From NCBI GenBank assembly GCA_964411255.1, contig CAYPKD010000003.1, positions 92,439-156,438 of the forward strand: a stretch of 64,000 bases of DNA. Reading direction: 5' to 3'. The notes below the pieces were generated by a model. The model was not told where the DNA came from, made no database searches, and was given only the letters and a program-made list of their open reading frames with translations. Position numbers and translations under genes: made by a program. This stretch comes from an uncultured Gammaproteobacteria bacterium. GTDB taxonomy: Bacteria > Patescibacteriota > Patescibacteriia > UBA11705 > DATKZF01. Below, in pieces: positions 1-9,814 of the stretch (position 1 is the stretch's first letter; every line of letters starts with the position of its first letter).

Positions 1-779
1 AGCATAGTTAATATATCCACCACCCGATAAGCTGCGCCATATAATCCTACATCTGCTTCTGGCCGAACTAAAGACAAAATAATGGTATCTGTTTTTAAAT
101 ATAAGAGATTGCATGATATTGAAATGGCAATTGGCCAGCTTTTTTTCAAAATTTCTTTCCATACATCCCAATTAAATCTAACACGAAATTTAACATATCT
201 GGTTGCAGCCACAAATGATATAATCATATGCGTAAAACTGCCCAAAGTAATCATTAAAAAAATATTATATATGCCCAACTTAAAATACATGGCAATGGCA
301 ATTCCAGATAAAAGAATTATTCGTCCGGCAACCTCAGCCAAAGTGTAAATGAACATTTTTAATTCTTTTTGAAATACACTGGCTAAAATATTATTGACTG
401 AAATAAAGAAAAATGACCAGGTGACAATTAAAACTCCCCACTTTACTTCAATTGCATAAGGGAAAAACCAAACAACCAAAGGGGCAAGCCCCATAAAAAT
501 AAAAGATGACAAAAGCCGAATTGTCATCATATTGCTCATGTATTTATCAGCATCAATCCCAGGTTTGCCAAGTGTTCTGGTCGCAGTTAATGAAAGGCCA
601 AAATCTACAATAATTCCAAAAAAAGCTAAAAAAGCAGTTACTGTAATATATTGGCCAAAACCGTCTTTGCCCAGATACCGAGTCATTAAAGCAACTACCA
701 AAATTCCTAATATAGTAGTAACCACTTTGCCAATGTACTGGATTAATGTGTTGTAAGCAATTTTTTTCGTCAAGGACAT
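1..779 (-). CDS. Oligosaccharide flippase (Wzx/MOP family), runs off window edge
   Basis: Manual translation from ATG 779: MSLTKKIAYNTLIQYIGKVVTTILGILVVALMTRYLGKDGFGQY...DVGLYGAAYRVVD; multi-TM, RYLG..FG.Y and VGLYGAAY motifs. Not in ORF track. Confidence 0.85.
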   Translation of the reverse strand, partial: MSLTKKIAYNTLIQYIGKVVTTILGILVVALMTRYLGKDGFGQYITVTAFLAFFGIIVDFGLSLTATRTLGKPGIDADKYMSNMMTIRLLSSFIFMGLAPLVVWFFPYAIEVKWGVLIVTWSFFFISVNNILASVFQKELKMFIYTLAEVAGRIILLSGIAIAMYFKLGIYNIFLMITLGSFTHMIISFVAATRYVKFRVRFNWDVWKEILKKSWPIAISISCNLLYLKTDTIILSLVRPEADVGLYGAAYRVVDILTM

Positions 780-897
780 AAGAATTTTCAACCTAGAATA
801 TTTAAATTTTTAAAAAATGATCAATTTACAATATACAAATGTTTGAAAATTTGATCATTGAAAATTATTTAAAAATTGTTAAATTGAAAATTAAAAA

Positions 898-1158
898 TTA
901 TTTTACTGGGTCATCCCCTCCCTTAGACCATGGGTTACATCTCATAATTCTCCAAATTCCTTTAGCGCAGCCTCGAATAAGTCCGTATTTTGCAATCGCC
1001 TGATAAGTATATTCTGAACAAGTTGGATGATAGCGGCAATAACCGCCAGGGAATAAATCTTTAAAGGGTCCGTGATCAAAAGAAAAAGTCCGTTGATAAA
1101 AACGAATCATTTTTAACCCAATTATCTTAGGATATTGAACAAAAGTATTTTTATCCAT
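898..1158 (-). CDS. yidD: Membrane protein insertion efficiency factor YidD
   Basis: [10 protein letters not shown] and [13 protein letters not shown] motifs; rpmH-rnpA-yidD synteny. Confidence 0.95.
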   Translation of the reverse strand: MDKNTFVQYPKIIGLKMIRFYQRTFSFDHGPFKDLFPGGYCRYHPTCSEYTYQAIAKYGLIRGCAKGIWRIMRCNPWSKGGDDPVK

Positions 1159-1519
1159 TTGTTTTGTAAAATTTTATTTTTTTCAATAAAGAATCTACTT
1201 CTTTTTCAAGATCATTAAAAGACAAATCAACTATTCCCTTTTTTGTAATAATTAAAATGTCATAACCTTGTTTAAATTTATTTAAATTCAACCGAAAAAT
1301 TTCTCTTAACCGTCTTTTTACTAAATTTCGCTTGGTGGCGCGTTTATCTATTTTTGTTGAAATTACAAAAGCAAAACGGCTTATATCTAAATCATTTTTT
1401 AAACTTTTTAAAATCAAATGATTGCTAGAGGCTGAATAACCTTTTGCCTTTTTAAATTCTGATCCAAAAAACTTATCAAAATCTGTCTTTTTTGTAATTC
1501 GATGTAATCTTTTTAACAT
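1151..1519 (-). CDS. rnpA: Ribonuclease P protein component
   Basis: RNR-type motif [13 protein letters not shown]; synteny. Confidence 0.95.
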   Translation of the reverse strand: MLKRLHRITKKTDFDKFFGSEFKKAKGYSASSNHLILKSLKNDLDISRFAFVISTKIDKRATKRNLVKRRLREIFRLNLNKFKQGYDILIITKKGIVDLSFNDLEKEVDSLLKKIKFYKTNG

Positions 1520-1576
1520 AATTTAAATTATCGTATAAATCCATGCTTATTATAATTATATGCGATTCAGCGTAAT

Positions 1577-1601
1577 AAAAAAAGATCACAGTAGTGATCT
1601 T
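1577..1601 (-). terminator. Intrinsic terminator overlapping the rpmH stop
   Basis: Minus strand AAGATCAC-TAC-TGTGATCTT followed by T-tract. Confidence 0.7.
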
Positions 1602-1737
1602 ATGCTGATAGTTTTTTTCTTCCTCTTGCCCGTCTTCTCTTTAATATATTTTTTCCATCCGTAGAGCTCATCCTGTTTCTAAACCCATGCTTTTTCTTTC
1701 TCTTTCTTTTCTTTGGTTGGTATGTTCTTTTTGGCAT
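1600..1737 (-). CDS. rpmH: 50S ribosomal protein L34
   Basis: Manual translation [45 protein letters not shown]; divergent from dnaA. Confidence 0.97.
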   Translation of the reverse strand: MPKRTYQPKKRKRKKKHGFRNRMSSTDGKNILKRRRARGRKKLSA

Positions 1738-1766
1738 ATAATTTGTAATAATGAATCAATAGAAAC

Positions 1767-1795
1767 ATTCTATATTATATAACAGTTTTTGTCAA
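1767..1795 (-). promoter_or_regulatory. sigma70-type promoter of rpmH
   Basis: TTGACA-17 bp-TAGAAT. Confidence 0.7.
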
Positions 1796-1920
1796 TAATT
1801 GAAGGTAATATCCAGGGTACGATTTTATAAATTTGCATTATTCAAAAATTCCTATACAATGAATTTAAGATATGCACATCTCATTCACAGCTTACTAACG
1901 AAATCCACATTTTAAAAATT

Positions 1921-1929
1921 TTATCCACA
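1921..1929 (+). promoter_or_regulatory. DnaA box upstream of dnaA
   Basis: Perfect TTATCCACA. Confidence 0.85.
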
Positions 1930-2041
1930 AATGTTTTGTGATATAATAATCAAAGTATAAATCCCCCAAATTTAACTTACTACAATGAACATTAACTTCA
2001 TTTAAATAAAAACAAAAAAAGAATTAACCCCACTTTTCCCT

Positions 2042-3436
2042 ATGACACAAGATAACGAGCAACTCTGGCAAGCTGTGCTCGGTGAATTAGAGCTCAATTT
2101 AAGCAAAGCCAGCTTTACCACTTGGTTCAAAAATACTTTTATTATTGAAAATGAAGAGGGGCGTATTATTATTGGCGTCCCAAATACCTTTTCTCAGGCC
2201 TGGCTGAAACAAAAATACCACAATGACATTTCTAAAACTCTGCAGAATTTGACAGGACTAAGACTTAAAGAAATTTCCTATAAAGTCCAAAACAAAAAAG
2301 ATTTTAAACCAATTGAAAAAGAACCTGAACATAAAATTGAAATAAGTCAAACTGAAATTAAACAAAAAACAGCTGAGTCAAGCTATACGCAGCCGTCAAG
2401 CGAAGAACCACATCAAAACATAAACCCTAATTATGCTTTTGTCACCTTTATCGTTGGCAAAAACAATGAATTAGCTCAGGCTGCTTCTAAGGCAGTGGCT
2501 GAAAATCCAGGATTTACTTATAATCCTCTTTTTATTTATGGCGGAGTTGGTCTAGGAAAAACTCATCTTTTACAAGCAATTGGTAATGATATTGTTGAAA
2601 AAGACTCAAATAAAAAACTTCTCTATGTTACCTGCGAACAATTTACAAATGACTTTATCAATTCGATATCTGCCGGAAATACAGAAAAATTTCAAAAACA
2701 TTATCGTACCCCTGATGTACTGCTAATAGATGACATTCAATTTCTTACTGGAAAAGAAGGAACGCAGGAAGCTTTCTTTCATACCTTTAATGACCTGCAC
2801 CAAAGGAACAAACAAATTGTTATAACTTCAGACCGGCCTCCAAAAGCAATTGCTACATTAGAAGACAGGTTATTATCAAGATTTGAATGGGGAATGATAG
2901 CTGATATCTCACAGCCTGACCTAGAAACACGAGTAGCAATATTAGAAAAAAAATGTCAGGAGAAAAACTGCGAATTAGACAGGGACATAATCAACTACAT
3001 TACTCAAAACATTCAAAATAATGTCAGAGAATTAGAAGGGGCGCTAAATAAGATAATTGCCTATCATCAATTAAACAAAATTCCACCAACAATTGAGAAC
3101 GTAAAAAAAATAATATTTTCATTAAGCAATGCTGGTGGGCAAAAAGCTTCCATTACCCCTAAACATATGATCGAAACGGTCGGAAAGTTTTATGATATAA
3201 GCACAGATGACATAATTGGAAAATGCAGACAAAAAAGATTAGCTTTTCCAAGACAAATCATTATGTTTTTAATGAGAGAAGAAATGAGATCTTCTTATCC
3301 GTCAATTGGCCAAGAACTAGGAGGCAGAGACCATACAACCGCTATGCATGCCCATACAAAAATTTCAGACTTACTTGAAAATGATGAGAAGCTCAGGCAG
3401 GAAATAAACTTAATCAAGCAACTTTTATACCAATAA
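2042..3436 (+). CDS. dnaA: Chromosomal replication initiator DnaA
   Basis: YNPLFIYGGVGLGKTHL, LLIDDIQF, GGRDHTT. Confidence 0.99.
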   Translation: MTQDNEQLWQAVLGELELNLSKASFTTWFKNTFIIENEEGRIIIGVPNTFSQAWLKQKYHNDISKTLQNLTGLRLKEISYKVQNKKDFKPIEKEPEHKIEISQTEIKQKTAESSYTQPSSEEPHQNINPNYAFVTFIVGKNNELAQAASKAVAENPGFTYNPLFIYGGVGLGKTHLLQAIGNDIVEKDSNKKLLYVTCEQFTNDFINSISAGNTEKFQKHYRTPDVLLIDDIQFLTGKEGTQEAFFHTFNDLHQRNKQIVITSDRPPKAIATLEDRLLSRFEWGMIADISQPDLETRVAILEKKCQEKNCELDRDIINYITQNIQNNVRELEGALNKIIAYHQLNKIPPTIENVKKIIFSLSNAGGQKASITPKHMIETVGKFYDISTDDIIGKCRQKRLAFPRQIIMFLMREEMRSSYPSIGQELGGRDHTTAMHAHTKISDLLENDEKLRQEINLIKQLLYQ

Positions 3437-3699
3437 ACTGTTTATAGTCTTTGGACAAGTCTGTGTAGAAGATGTTCTTTAGTAAAACGATAAAAGTGGA
3501 AAACTTTTATGGCTAAAACTTATTAACTTTTCCTAAAAAAAAGCCACAGCTTAATACTCAATTATCCAACCACTTATTCACAACAATGACTTTAAAAATA
3601 ATCAATATAATTAAGATTAAATTAGTTTTACCACTCTATCCACAATATTATTAATAAACTTATTATATATTTAAATATATTTTAAATTAATAATTAAAT
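3437..3699. other. Probable oriC (dnaA-dnaN intergenic)
   Basis: DnaA-box variants TTATTCACA (3574-3582) and CTATCCACA (3636-3644), then an almost pure A/T unwinding tract. Confidence 0.8.
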
Positions 3700-4830
3700 A
3701 TGAAATTCATTTGTACGCAAGAAAATCTAAATAGGGGGTTGTTTATTACTGGTCACTTGTCAAACAAGAATGTTAACTTACCAATTTTAAATAATGTCTT
3801 AATGAAAATAAAAGACGGTATTTTAACATTGGCTTCGACAAATTTAGAAATAGGAATAAGTTGTTCTGTTCGTGGAAAATCCGAAAAAGAAGGTGAATTC
3901 ACAGTTGAATCAAAATTAATAGCTGACTTTGTTAATTTATTATCAAATCAAAAAGTTGAAATAGAATTAGATAAAGATGATTATTTAAATATTAGTACTG
4001 CCAATTCAAAAACCAGAATAAAAGGTTTACCATCAACTGACTTTCCAGTAATTCCTCAAATTGAAAAAAAAGATCCGTATATTATAAATATTAAAGATCT
4101 TCAGAAAGCAATATCTCAAACAATTTTTGCAGTATCGACAAATGAATCAAGACCAGAAATAAACGGTATTTTTATGAGCTTTCACAATGAAACTGGTAAA
4201 TTGACATTGGTTGCCACGGACAGTTACAGACTAGCTGAGAAAAAAATAGAAATTGCCGGGAATAGCAAAAAACAAGAATTTATTGTACCAGTAAAAACGC
4301 TGCAAGAGCTTCTTAGAATATTAACAGTTCTAAAAGATGAACCTGAGGCAGTAGAAAATGTAAATGTTTATACTTCTGAGAATCAAGTTTTATTTTCAAT
4401 TGATAACGGAGTAGAAATAATTTCCAGAACAGCAGAAGGGCAATACCCTGATTATAGGCAGATTATTCCAGGTGAAAATAAGACAAAGTGTACTTTAGAG
4501 ACAGCTCATCTTTTAAAAACAATTAAAACAACAAGTTTGTTTTCTAAGACTGGAATTTTTGATATCAATTTGGAATTTTTACCTGAAAAGAATAGTTTGG
4601 TAGTTTCTTCAACTAATAATCAGCTTGGAGAGAGTGTTGCTGAGATAGAGGTTGATTTTCATGGCGATAAAAACCAGTCAGTTATAAATTACAGATATTT
4701 GCTTGATGGTTTGAATAATTTAGACAGTGAAAAAGTATCGCTGGAATTAATCGACGGTAATGTGCCTTTAGTTATTAAACCAGCAGAAGATACCAGTTAT
4801 TTGTATATTGTAATGCCGATTAAACAATGA
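3700..4830 (+). CDS. dnaN: DNA polymerase III beta clamp
   Basis: ATDSYRLAE, GQYPDY, C-terminal YIVMPI; follows dnaA. Confidence 0.98.
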   Translation: MKFICTQENLNRGLFITGHLSNKNVNLPILNNVLMKIKDGILTLASTNLEIGISCSVRGKSEKEGEFTVESKLIADFVNLLSNQKVEIELDKDDYLNISTANSKTRIKGLPSTDFPVIPQIEKKDPYIINIKDLQKAISQTIFAVSTNESRPEINGIFMSFHNETGKLTLVATDSYRLAEKKIEIAGNSKKQEFIVPVKTLQELLRILTVLKDEPEAVENVNVYTSENQVLFSIDNGVEIISRTAEGQYPDYRQIIPGENKTKCTLETAHLLKTIKTTSLFSKTGIFDINLEFLPEKNSLVVSSTNNQLGESVAEIEVDFHGDKNQSVINYRYLLDGLNNLDSEKVSLELIDGNVPLVIKPAEDTSYLYIVMPIKQ

Positions 4831-4895
4831 TAATGGAGTACATATCATGGATCAAATCTTAAATTACCAATTACTAATTACAAATTACAATAAAT

Positions 4896-4923
4896 AAAAG
4901 ACACTGGAGTGATCCAGTGTTTT
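4896..4923. terminator. Bidirectional terminator
   Basis: ACACTGGA-GTGA-TCCAGTGT with A/T tails between convergent genes. Confidence 0.7.
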
Positions 4924-5335
4924 ATAATGTCGCAGGCCAGGGTCTTGGTTTCTCAAAAGAAATAACACCTCTTACCCAGCAGAATGGCTCTTTCTGTCTA
5001 TCGATTCGCTGCTGAATTTCTTCTTTAGTAAGTATGTGTAATGATTCTTGATCTGGATGTTCAACACTCATATCAAAACCAATCCCTAGTTCCGGATTAA
5101 CCAAAAAACGATTTATCTCAACCACCTTATAATCCCTGTGAGGAAGTGTGTTTCTGACTTTTAATAAAAGATCTTTATCAAGGCAAACAGCAATTTCATC
5201 AGTTCCAGATATAAGAGCAGGATGAGTTCCCATACAACTATGATCAATTTTTAGAAAAAAGCCTGTGACTAGGCTGAATCCAGCTAAATCTTTATCTGTG
5301 AAATCCTTAAGTTTTTTTCTGTCCAGTTTTCCCAT
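4922..5335 (-). CDS. Hypothetical protein
   Basis: 137-aa ORF, GGAG SD upstream, stop at terminator. Confidence 0.6.
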   Translation of the reverse strand: MGKLDRKKLKDFTDKDLAGFSLVTGFFLKIDHSCMGTHPALISGTDEIAVCLDKDLLLKVRNTLPHRDYKVVEINRFLVNPELGIGFDMSVEHPDQESLHILTKEEIQQRIDRQKEPFCWVRGVISFEKPRPWPATL

Positions 5336-5482
5336 TTTTTTATCTCCATTTTGAGGATTTGGTGATTATGAATAAATAAAGCCAAACCATTGTTTGACCT
5401 CCTATAATTAAATTATCTGAAATAGTATTAAAAATCAAGGTTTTTAAAAAATAAAAAAATACTTTTCTAAATAAGTATTTTA

Positions 5483-5509
5483 TGGCCTGCCAGCCGAAGC
5501 TCCGAAGGC
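5483..5509 (-). repeat. tRNA-end palindromic element (3' of tRNA-Leu)
   Basis: CCA|GCCTTCGGAGCTTCGGCTGGCAGG|CCA. Confidence 0.8.
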
Positions 5510-5596
5510 TGGTGCCGGCGGACGGAGTCGAACCGTCACGGATTTTCATCCACAGGATTTTAAGTCCTGCGTGTCTACCAATTCCACCACGCCGGC
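5510..5596 (-). tRNA. tRNA-Leu(TAA)
   Basis: GCCGGCG...CAGGA-CTTAAAA-TCCTG, long variable arm, GGTTCGACTC, encoded CCA. Confidence 0.95.
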
Positions 5597-5609
5597 CTAC
5601 GCTTTCGCC

Positions 5610-5725
5610 TTACTCAAGCTTCGGCCGACAGGCCGGCCAAAGCGTAAACTTTACTCAAGCTTCGGCCGACAGGCCGGCCAAAGCGTAAACTTTACTCAAG
5701 CTTCGGCCGACAGGCCGGCTAAAGC
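5610..5725. repeat. 41-bp tandem repeat (~2.8 copies) derived from the element at the tRNA-Leu 5' end
   Basis: Unit TTACTCAAGCTTCGGCCGACAGGCCGGCCAAAGCGTAAACT starts at 5610, 5651 and 5692. Confidence 0.9.
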
Positions 5726-5775
5726 TGATTTTCTAAACTCCAACCCTCGATTCTCCGACGTACTGACAGGTGATT

Positions 5776-5810
5776 TGGCCTGCCAGCCGAAGCTCCGAAG
5801 GAGCGAAGGC
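5776..5810 (-). repeat. tRNA-end palindromic element (3' of tRNA-Gly)
   Basis: CCA|GCCTTCGCTCCTTCGGAGCTTCGGCTGGCAGG|CCA. Confidence 0.85.
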
Positions 5811-5885
5811 TGGAGCGGGTAACGGGAATCGAACCCGTATCTCTGCCATGGCAAGGCAATATAATAGCCATTATACTATACCCGC
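5811..5885 (-). tRNA. tRNA-Gly(GCC)
   Basis: GCGGGTA...TTGCC-TTGCCAT-GGCAG...GGTTCGATTCC, TCCA end. Confidence 0.95.
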
Positions 5886-5924
5886 CTACGCTTTTCTTTG
5901 AAAAGCTTCGGCGGGCAGGCCCGC
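5886..5924 (+). repeat. tRNA-end palindromic element (5' of tRNA-Gly)
   Basis: CCCGC|CTACGCTTTTCTTTGAAAAGCTTCGGCGGGCAGG|CCCGC. Confidence 0.85.
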
Positions 5925-6088
5925 AACCGAAAAGCTTTTCAATATGAAAAGAGTAAGAATTATGTATTATTTATTTTATACTGATCTACCAATCTAATAA
6001 TAACATCAAATATTATAGCAAATCCACATAAAATGTCAATGATTAGTTGATTTATTAAATAAAAAACAGCCCTTTTTAAGTGCTGTTG

Positions 6089-6589
6089 TTAAGTGGATTT
6101 TGCATCTTTTAAACTAACATTATAATCAACAACTACAATTTTATTATCTATCAGTCTGATATAAAAGGCCATATGCGGAACTTTGGGAAATTCCAGCTTT
6201 AATATCTGTTTAACTTCCTCCACTGAAGGATCATCTTCAAACTCGAGCCATGAACCGTTTTCACTCGTATTTACAATATAGTCAGTATTGTGAAATGCTT
6301 TTTCCTCTTTTCTAATAACTGATCCTAATTGTTTAATTAGGAAATTTTTTTTACCAATTTGATTAATTTGGTTTTTTAAAAAAAATGCAAACACAACACA
6401 ACCGAGAGTACATAAGAAAAGCAAAGTAAAGAGCGGCCATACAACTTTAATAAATTTATCAGGAATTTCTTTAAAAGGATAAAGCAGAGTTATCATGAAG
6501 GTAAGGCAAATAATCAGAGTAAAGAAAAGACAATGTATGATATAATTTCTGAATAATTTGTCAATTTTATTTTTTTCAGAGCTGCTCAT
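6089..6589 (-). CDS. Hypothetical membrane protein (2 TM)
   Basis: Start moved to ATG 6589 behind GGAGG; two hydrophobic segments. Confidence 0.6.
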   Translation of the reverse strand: MSSSEKNKIDKLFRNYIIHCLFFTLIICLTFMITLLYPFKEIPDKFIKVVWPLFTLLFLCTLGCVVFAFFLKNQINQIGKKNFLIKQLGSVIRKEEKAFHNTDYIVNTSENGSWLEFEDDPSVEEVKQILKLEFPKVPHMAFYIRLIDNKIVVVDYNVSLKDAKST

Positions 6590-6651
6590 TTTTTCCTCCA
6601 TTGGTTAAACATTAAATAATAGTGTATTTATAATATTTTGTCAATTAAAGC

Positions 6652-6687
6652 AAAAAACCTTTTGAAAATATTCAAAAGGTTTTTTTT
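6652..6687 (-). terminator. Terminator after tRNA-Leu
   Basis: AAAAAACCTTTTGAA...TTCAAAAGGTTTTTT inverted repeat. Confidence 0.8.
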
Positions 6688-6772
6688 GGTGCTGGGAGAG
6701 GGACTCGAACCCTCACGGCATTGAGCCAGGGGATTTTAAGTCCCCTGTGTCTACCAATTCCACCATCCCAGC
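6687..6772 (-). tRNA. tRNA-Leu(TAA), second non-identical copy
   Basis: GCTGGGA...GGGGA-CTTAAAA-TCCCC, long variable arm, encoded CCA. Confidence 0.95.
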
Positions 6773-6790
6773 ATTTTTATTTGATTTAGT

Positions 6791-6819
6791 ATTATATCAT
6801 TTATATAAAAAATTGTCAA
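6791..6819 (-). promoter_or_regulatory. Consensus sigma70 promoter of tRNA-Leu
   Basis: TTGACA-17-TATAAT. Confidence 0.85.
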
Positions 6820-6880
6820 TGTTTAATAATGTAATAAAAATTGCAATTTCCTATGAAAATAGCTTAAATTAGCAAAACCT

Positions 6881-6909
6881 TTGACAAAATTAATAAAAGA
6901 TGCTAGAAT
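6881..6909 (+). promoter_or_regulatory. sigma70 promoter of the RNase J-like gene
   Basis: TTGACA-17-TAGAAT with extended TG. Confidence 0.75.
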
Positions 6910-6995
6910 AATATGATACAAATCAGTCCGGAAATACTGGATTTGATCGTTTTTTTACAATAAAAACTATATATCGATAATGAAAGGAGTTAAAA

Positions 6996-8396
6996 ATGAG
7001 TGAGATGGACGTTAGGAAGAATCCTTCGGAGTTTGAAATTAAGATTTTGGGAAATAAGAAAAAAGTCGGTGCTGCTTGTTATGCTTACATTAAGTATCTG
7101 ACAGATGGTACACGCCAAATTATATTAATTGATTTTGGATCTGATCCATCGCGTTTTCTTGATATGGAAAATGGCAATGGTAATATTGACACCAGTGTTT
7201 TGCCTGATCTTGATTGGGTAAAAGAAAACCAAAAAGATATTATTGCTATTTTTTTCACCCATGGTCACATGGATCATATTGGTGGAGTGAGATTTTTGCC
7301 TCAAGAATTGCTTGAAAGAGTTGCTATGTTTGCGACGCCATATACAGCTACATTGTTGCAAGATGGAGATAGGGGTTTTCGTGGAGAAAGAAAGCAGCTG
7401 GTAAATATTACAACTTTTGACGCGCAGCTTCTTGAACCGATTGAAATCGGGGTTTTCAATGTAACTCCATTTCCTGTTCCTCACAGCGTTCCAGATGCTT
7501 GCGGCTATATGATTGAAACCAGAGATCCGATGAAAAAAGTGGTTCATATCACTGATTTCAAATTCAATGGTTTGGATCATACTGATAAGATGCGCCTGAC
7601 CAGAACTTTGGGCGCAATTGGCCGTCATATTATTGATACACTTGTTATTGAAGCTTTGAATGCTCGCTTTGAAGGATATACTCCTCAGGAGAATTTGACT
7701 TTTGAAGCAATTTTCAACCTGGTTGAAACCATTCCTGATGATAAGCGAGTGATTATTACCCATTTTGCTTCAAATGTGTATCGAATGCGGGCAATACTTG
7801 ATATTGCCAGATATACAGGTAAAAAATTTGCTCTGGACGGAACTGCGATGAAAAAACACTTCAAACGTGCTAAAGAGCATGAGTTCATTGATCGCGGCTG
7901 GCAGCAAACATTTCCAAATAATGCAAGAATGATCTTAGTTACAGGTTCTCAGGGAGAACCACAGGCGGTTTTGGCAAAAGCTGTAGATAACTTGATTGAT
8001 TTGGAAATTGATGAGAATGATGTGGTTATTTTCTCATCAAATGTTATTCCTGGGAATGAAGATGATTTTGTGGATTTGGTTCTGGATCTAGAAGATCTGG
8101 GTGCTACAATCTATGTGGATGCAAATTCTGATTTTGAAAATTTTGATGATTTGGATATTCACTTAGTTGAAAATCTTCATGTTTCCGGACATGGCAACTG
8201 GGCAGACAAACAGCGGGCAATTGAATTGATTCGTCCTCAGAAAAATATCCTAATGGTTCATGGTGAAGAATCAGATGAAGATGATTTTCGTAGCCGAATT
8301 GATGAATTGAAAAAAATTGAGGCTGAAAGTAAAACTGGTTCAATTTGGAGTCATCTAAAGGTGATCTCCAGTGAGATCGGATTAGTTTTGGTCTAA
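6996..8396 (+). CDS. rnj: Ribonuclease J-like beta-CASP metallo-beta-lactamase (short form)
   Basis: THGHMDHIG, PHSVPD, TDFK, TGSQGEP, HVSGH, VHGE motifs. Confidence 0.85.
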   Translation: MSEMDVRKNPSEFEIKILGNKKKVGAACYAYIKYLTDGTRQIILIDFGSDPSRFLDMENGNGNIDTSVLPDLDWVKENQKDIIAIFFTHGHMDHIGGVRFLPQELLERVAMFATPYTATLLQDGDRGFRGERKQLVNITTFDAQLLEPIEIGVFNVTPFPVPHSVPDACGYMIETRDPMKKVVHITDFKFNGLDHTDKMRLTRTLGAIGRHIIDTLVIEALNARFEGYTPQENLTFEAIFNLVETIPDDKRVIITHFASNVYRMRAILDIARYTGKKFALDGTAMKKHFKRAKEHEFIDRGWQQTFPNNARMILVTGSQGEPQAVLAKAVDNLIDLEIDENDVVIFSSNVIPGNEDDFVDLVLDLEDLGATIYVDANSDFENFDDLDIHLVENLHVSGHGNWADKQRAIELIRPQKNILMVHGEESDEDDFRSRIDELKKIEAESKTGSIWSHLKVISSEIGLVLV

Positions 8397-8477
8397 TATA
8401 CTATAAAGACATTGTTAACAAGCAGTGTCTTTTTTAATTTTGGCATTTTTAAAGATTTAAGCTAAAATACATGTACT

Positions 8478-9494
8478 ATGTCAGATAATGAATCAAGAAT
8501 TTCAAATCCAAAAAGTCAGGCCAAGGAAAAAGAGCTTGAGTTATGTTTGCGACCCCAAATAATGGGTGAATACATTGGCCAGGATAAAGTTAAGGAAAAC
8601 ATCATGATTTCAATTGAGGCAGCAAAAAAGAGACAGGATCCGCTTGAACATGTATTGCTTTTTGGCCCTCCAGGACTTGGTAAAACCACTTTAGCTCATA
8701 TTATTGCCAATGAAATGGGCACAAATTTACGAGTAACCTCTGGTCCGGCAATAGAAAAGAGTGGAGATCTGGCAGCGATTTTAACAAACTTACAACCTGG
8801 GGATATACTGTTTATAGATGAGATTCATAGGCTTAACCGCAATATTGAAGAAGTTTTGTATCCTGCTATGGAAGATTTTTGTTTGGATATTGTCATTGGC
8901 AAAGGACCGTCAGCCAGAACTGTTCGATTAGATTTACCAAAATTTACATTAATTGGAGCTACAACAAAGATCAGCAAGCTTTCCTCCCCTCTCAGGGATC
9001 GTTTTGGTAATGTATATCGATTGGATTTTTATTCTGACAATGATATTGAAAAGATAATAATGAGAACTTCAAAAGTTCTTAATTGTAATTTTATAGATAA
9101 TTCTTCAATAGAAATTGCACAAAGAGCAAGAAAGACTCCCAGAGTGGCAAACCGGTTGTTAAAAAGAGTAAGAGATTTTGCTGAAGTGAAAAACGACGGT
9201 TTGATAAATACAAACATAACTAAACAGGCTTTAAAAATGCTTGAAATAGACGATTTAGGTTTGGATGAAATAGACAGAAAGATACTTTTGACCATTATTG
9301 AAAAATTTTCAGGCGGACCTGTAGGTTTAAATACTATATCAGCAGCTACCTCTGAAGAAATGGATGCAATTGAAGATGTATTTGAACCATTTCTCTTGCA
9401 GCTTGGCTTTATAAATCGCACACCGCGTGGTAGAATAGTAACAAGCAAGGCGTATGAACATTTGAATCTGCCGTTTAATAAGCCTGCATCCTGA
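8478..9494 (+). CDS. ruvB: Holliday junction helicase RuvB
   Basis: [25 protein letters not shown]. Confidence 0.98.
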   Translation: MSDNESRISNPKSQAKEKELELCLRPQIMGEYIGQDKVKENIMISIEAAKKRQDPLEHVLLFGPPGLGKTTLAHIIANEMGTNLRVTSGPAIEKSGDLAAILTNLQPGDILFIDEIHRLNRNIEEVLYPAMEDFCLDIVIGKGPSARTVRLDLPKFTLIGATTKISKLSSPLRDRFGNVYRLDFYSDNDIEKIIMRTSKVLNCNFIDNSSIEIAQRARKTPRVANRLLKRVRDFAEVKNDGLINTNITKQALKMLEIDDLGLDEIDRKILLTIIEKFSGGPVGLNTISAATSEEMDAIEDVFEPFLLQLGFINRTPRGRIVTSKAYEHLNLPFNKPAS

Positions 9495-9553
9495 AATCCA
9501 AAATCTGAACTCTGAGGCCTTATCGTTTAACTTTTTTATATTTAACTTTCATT

Positions 9554-9811
9554 ATGTCAGTCGAAATTCCATTATATAGTTTTTTAATAATATATCTGGT
9601 GTATATTGGAATTTTTTTGATTTTTAGTTTGTTTAATATTTATCACCTGGTCAAGCACGGTTTTTCCAGTGTTTTTGTTTATGTCGTAATAATTTTGTAC
9701 ATAGTTATCGCTGCAGTCGTAGTTTTTATAACATATTATTATCTGCAAGATGTAGAGTGGAGCCAGGTTTTATCATTGTTATCTGAAAAATATAAAAGTT
9801 TGGGATTTTAA
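9554..9811 (+). CDS. Small membrane protein (2 TM)
   Basis: Hydrophobic 85-aa ORF in operon-like spacing. Confidence 0.7.
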   Translation: MSVEIPLYSFLIIYLVYIGIFLIFSLFNIYHLVKHGFSSVFVYVVIILYIVIAAVVVFITYYYLQDVEWSQVLSLLSEKYKSLGF

Positions 9812-9814
9812 CAT

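Noticed and set aside
5610-5725. 41-bp repeats as a CRISPR array
   Set aside because: Units are contiguous and identical with no unique spacers; no cas genes in the window.
5340-5822. ORFs 5340-5549, 5482-5688, 5571-5822
   Set aside because: They overlap tRNA genes and repeats; spurious frames.
3700-9494. Alternative genetic code (TGA as Gly)
   Set aside because: dnaN and ruvB end at TGA at expected lengths, and conserved genes have no internal TGA.
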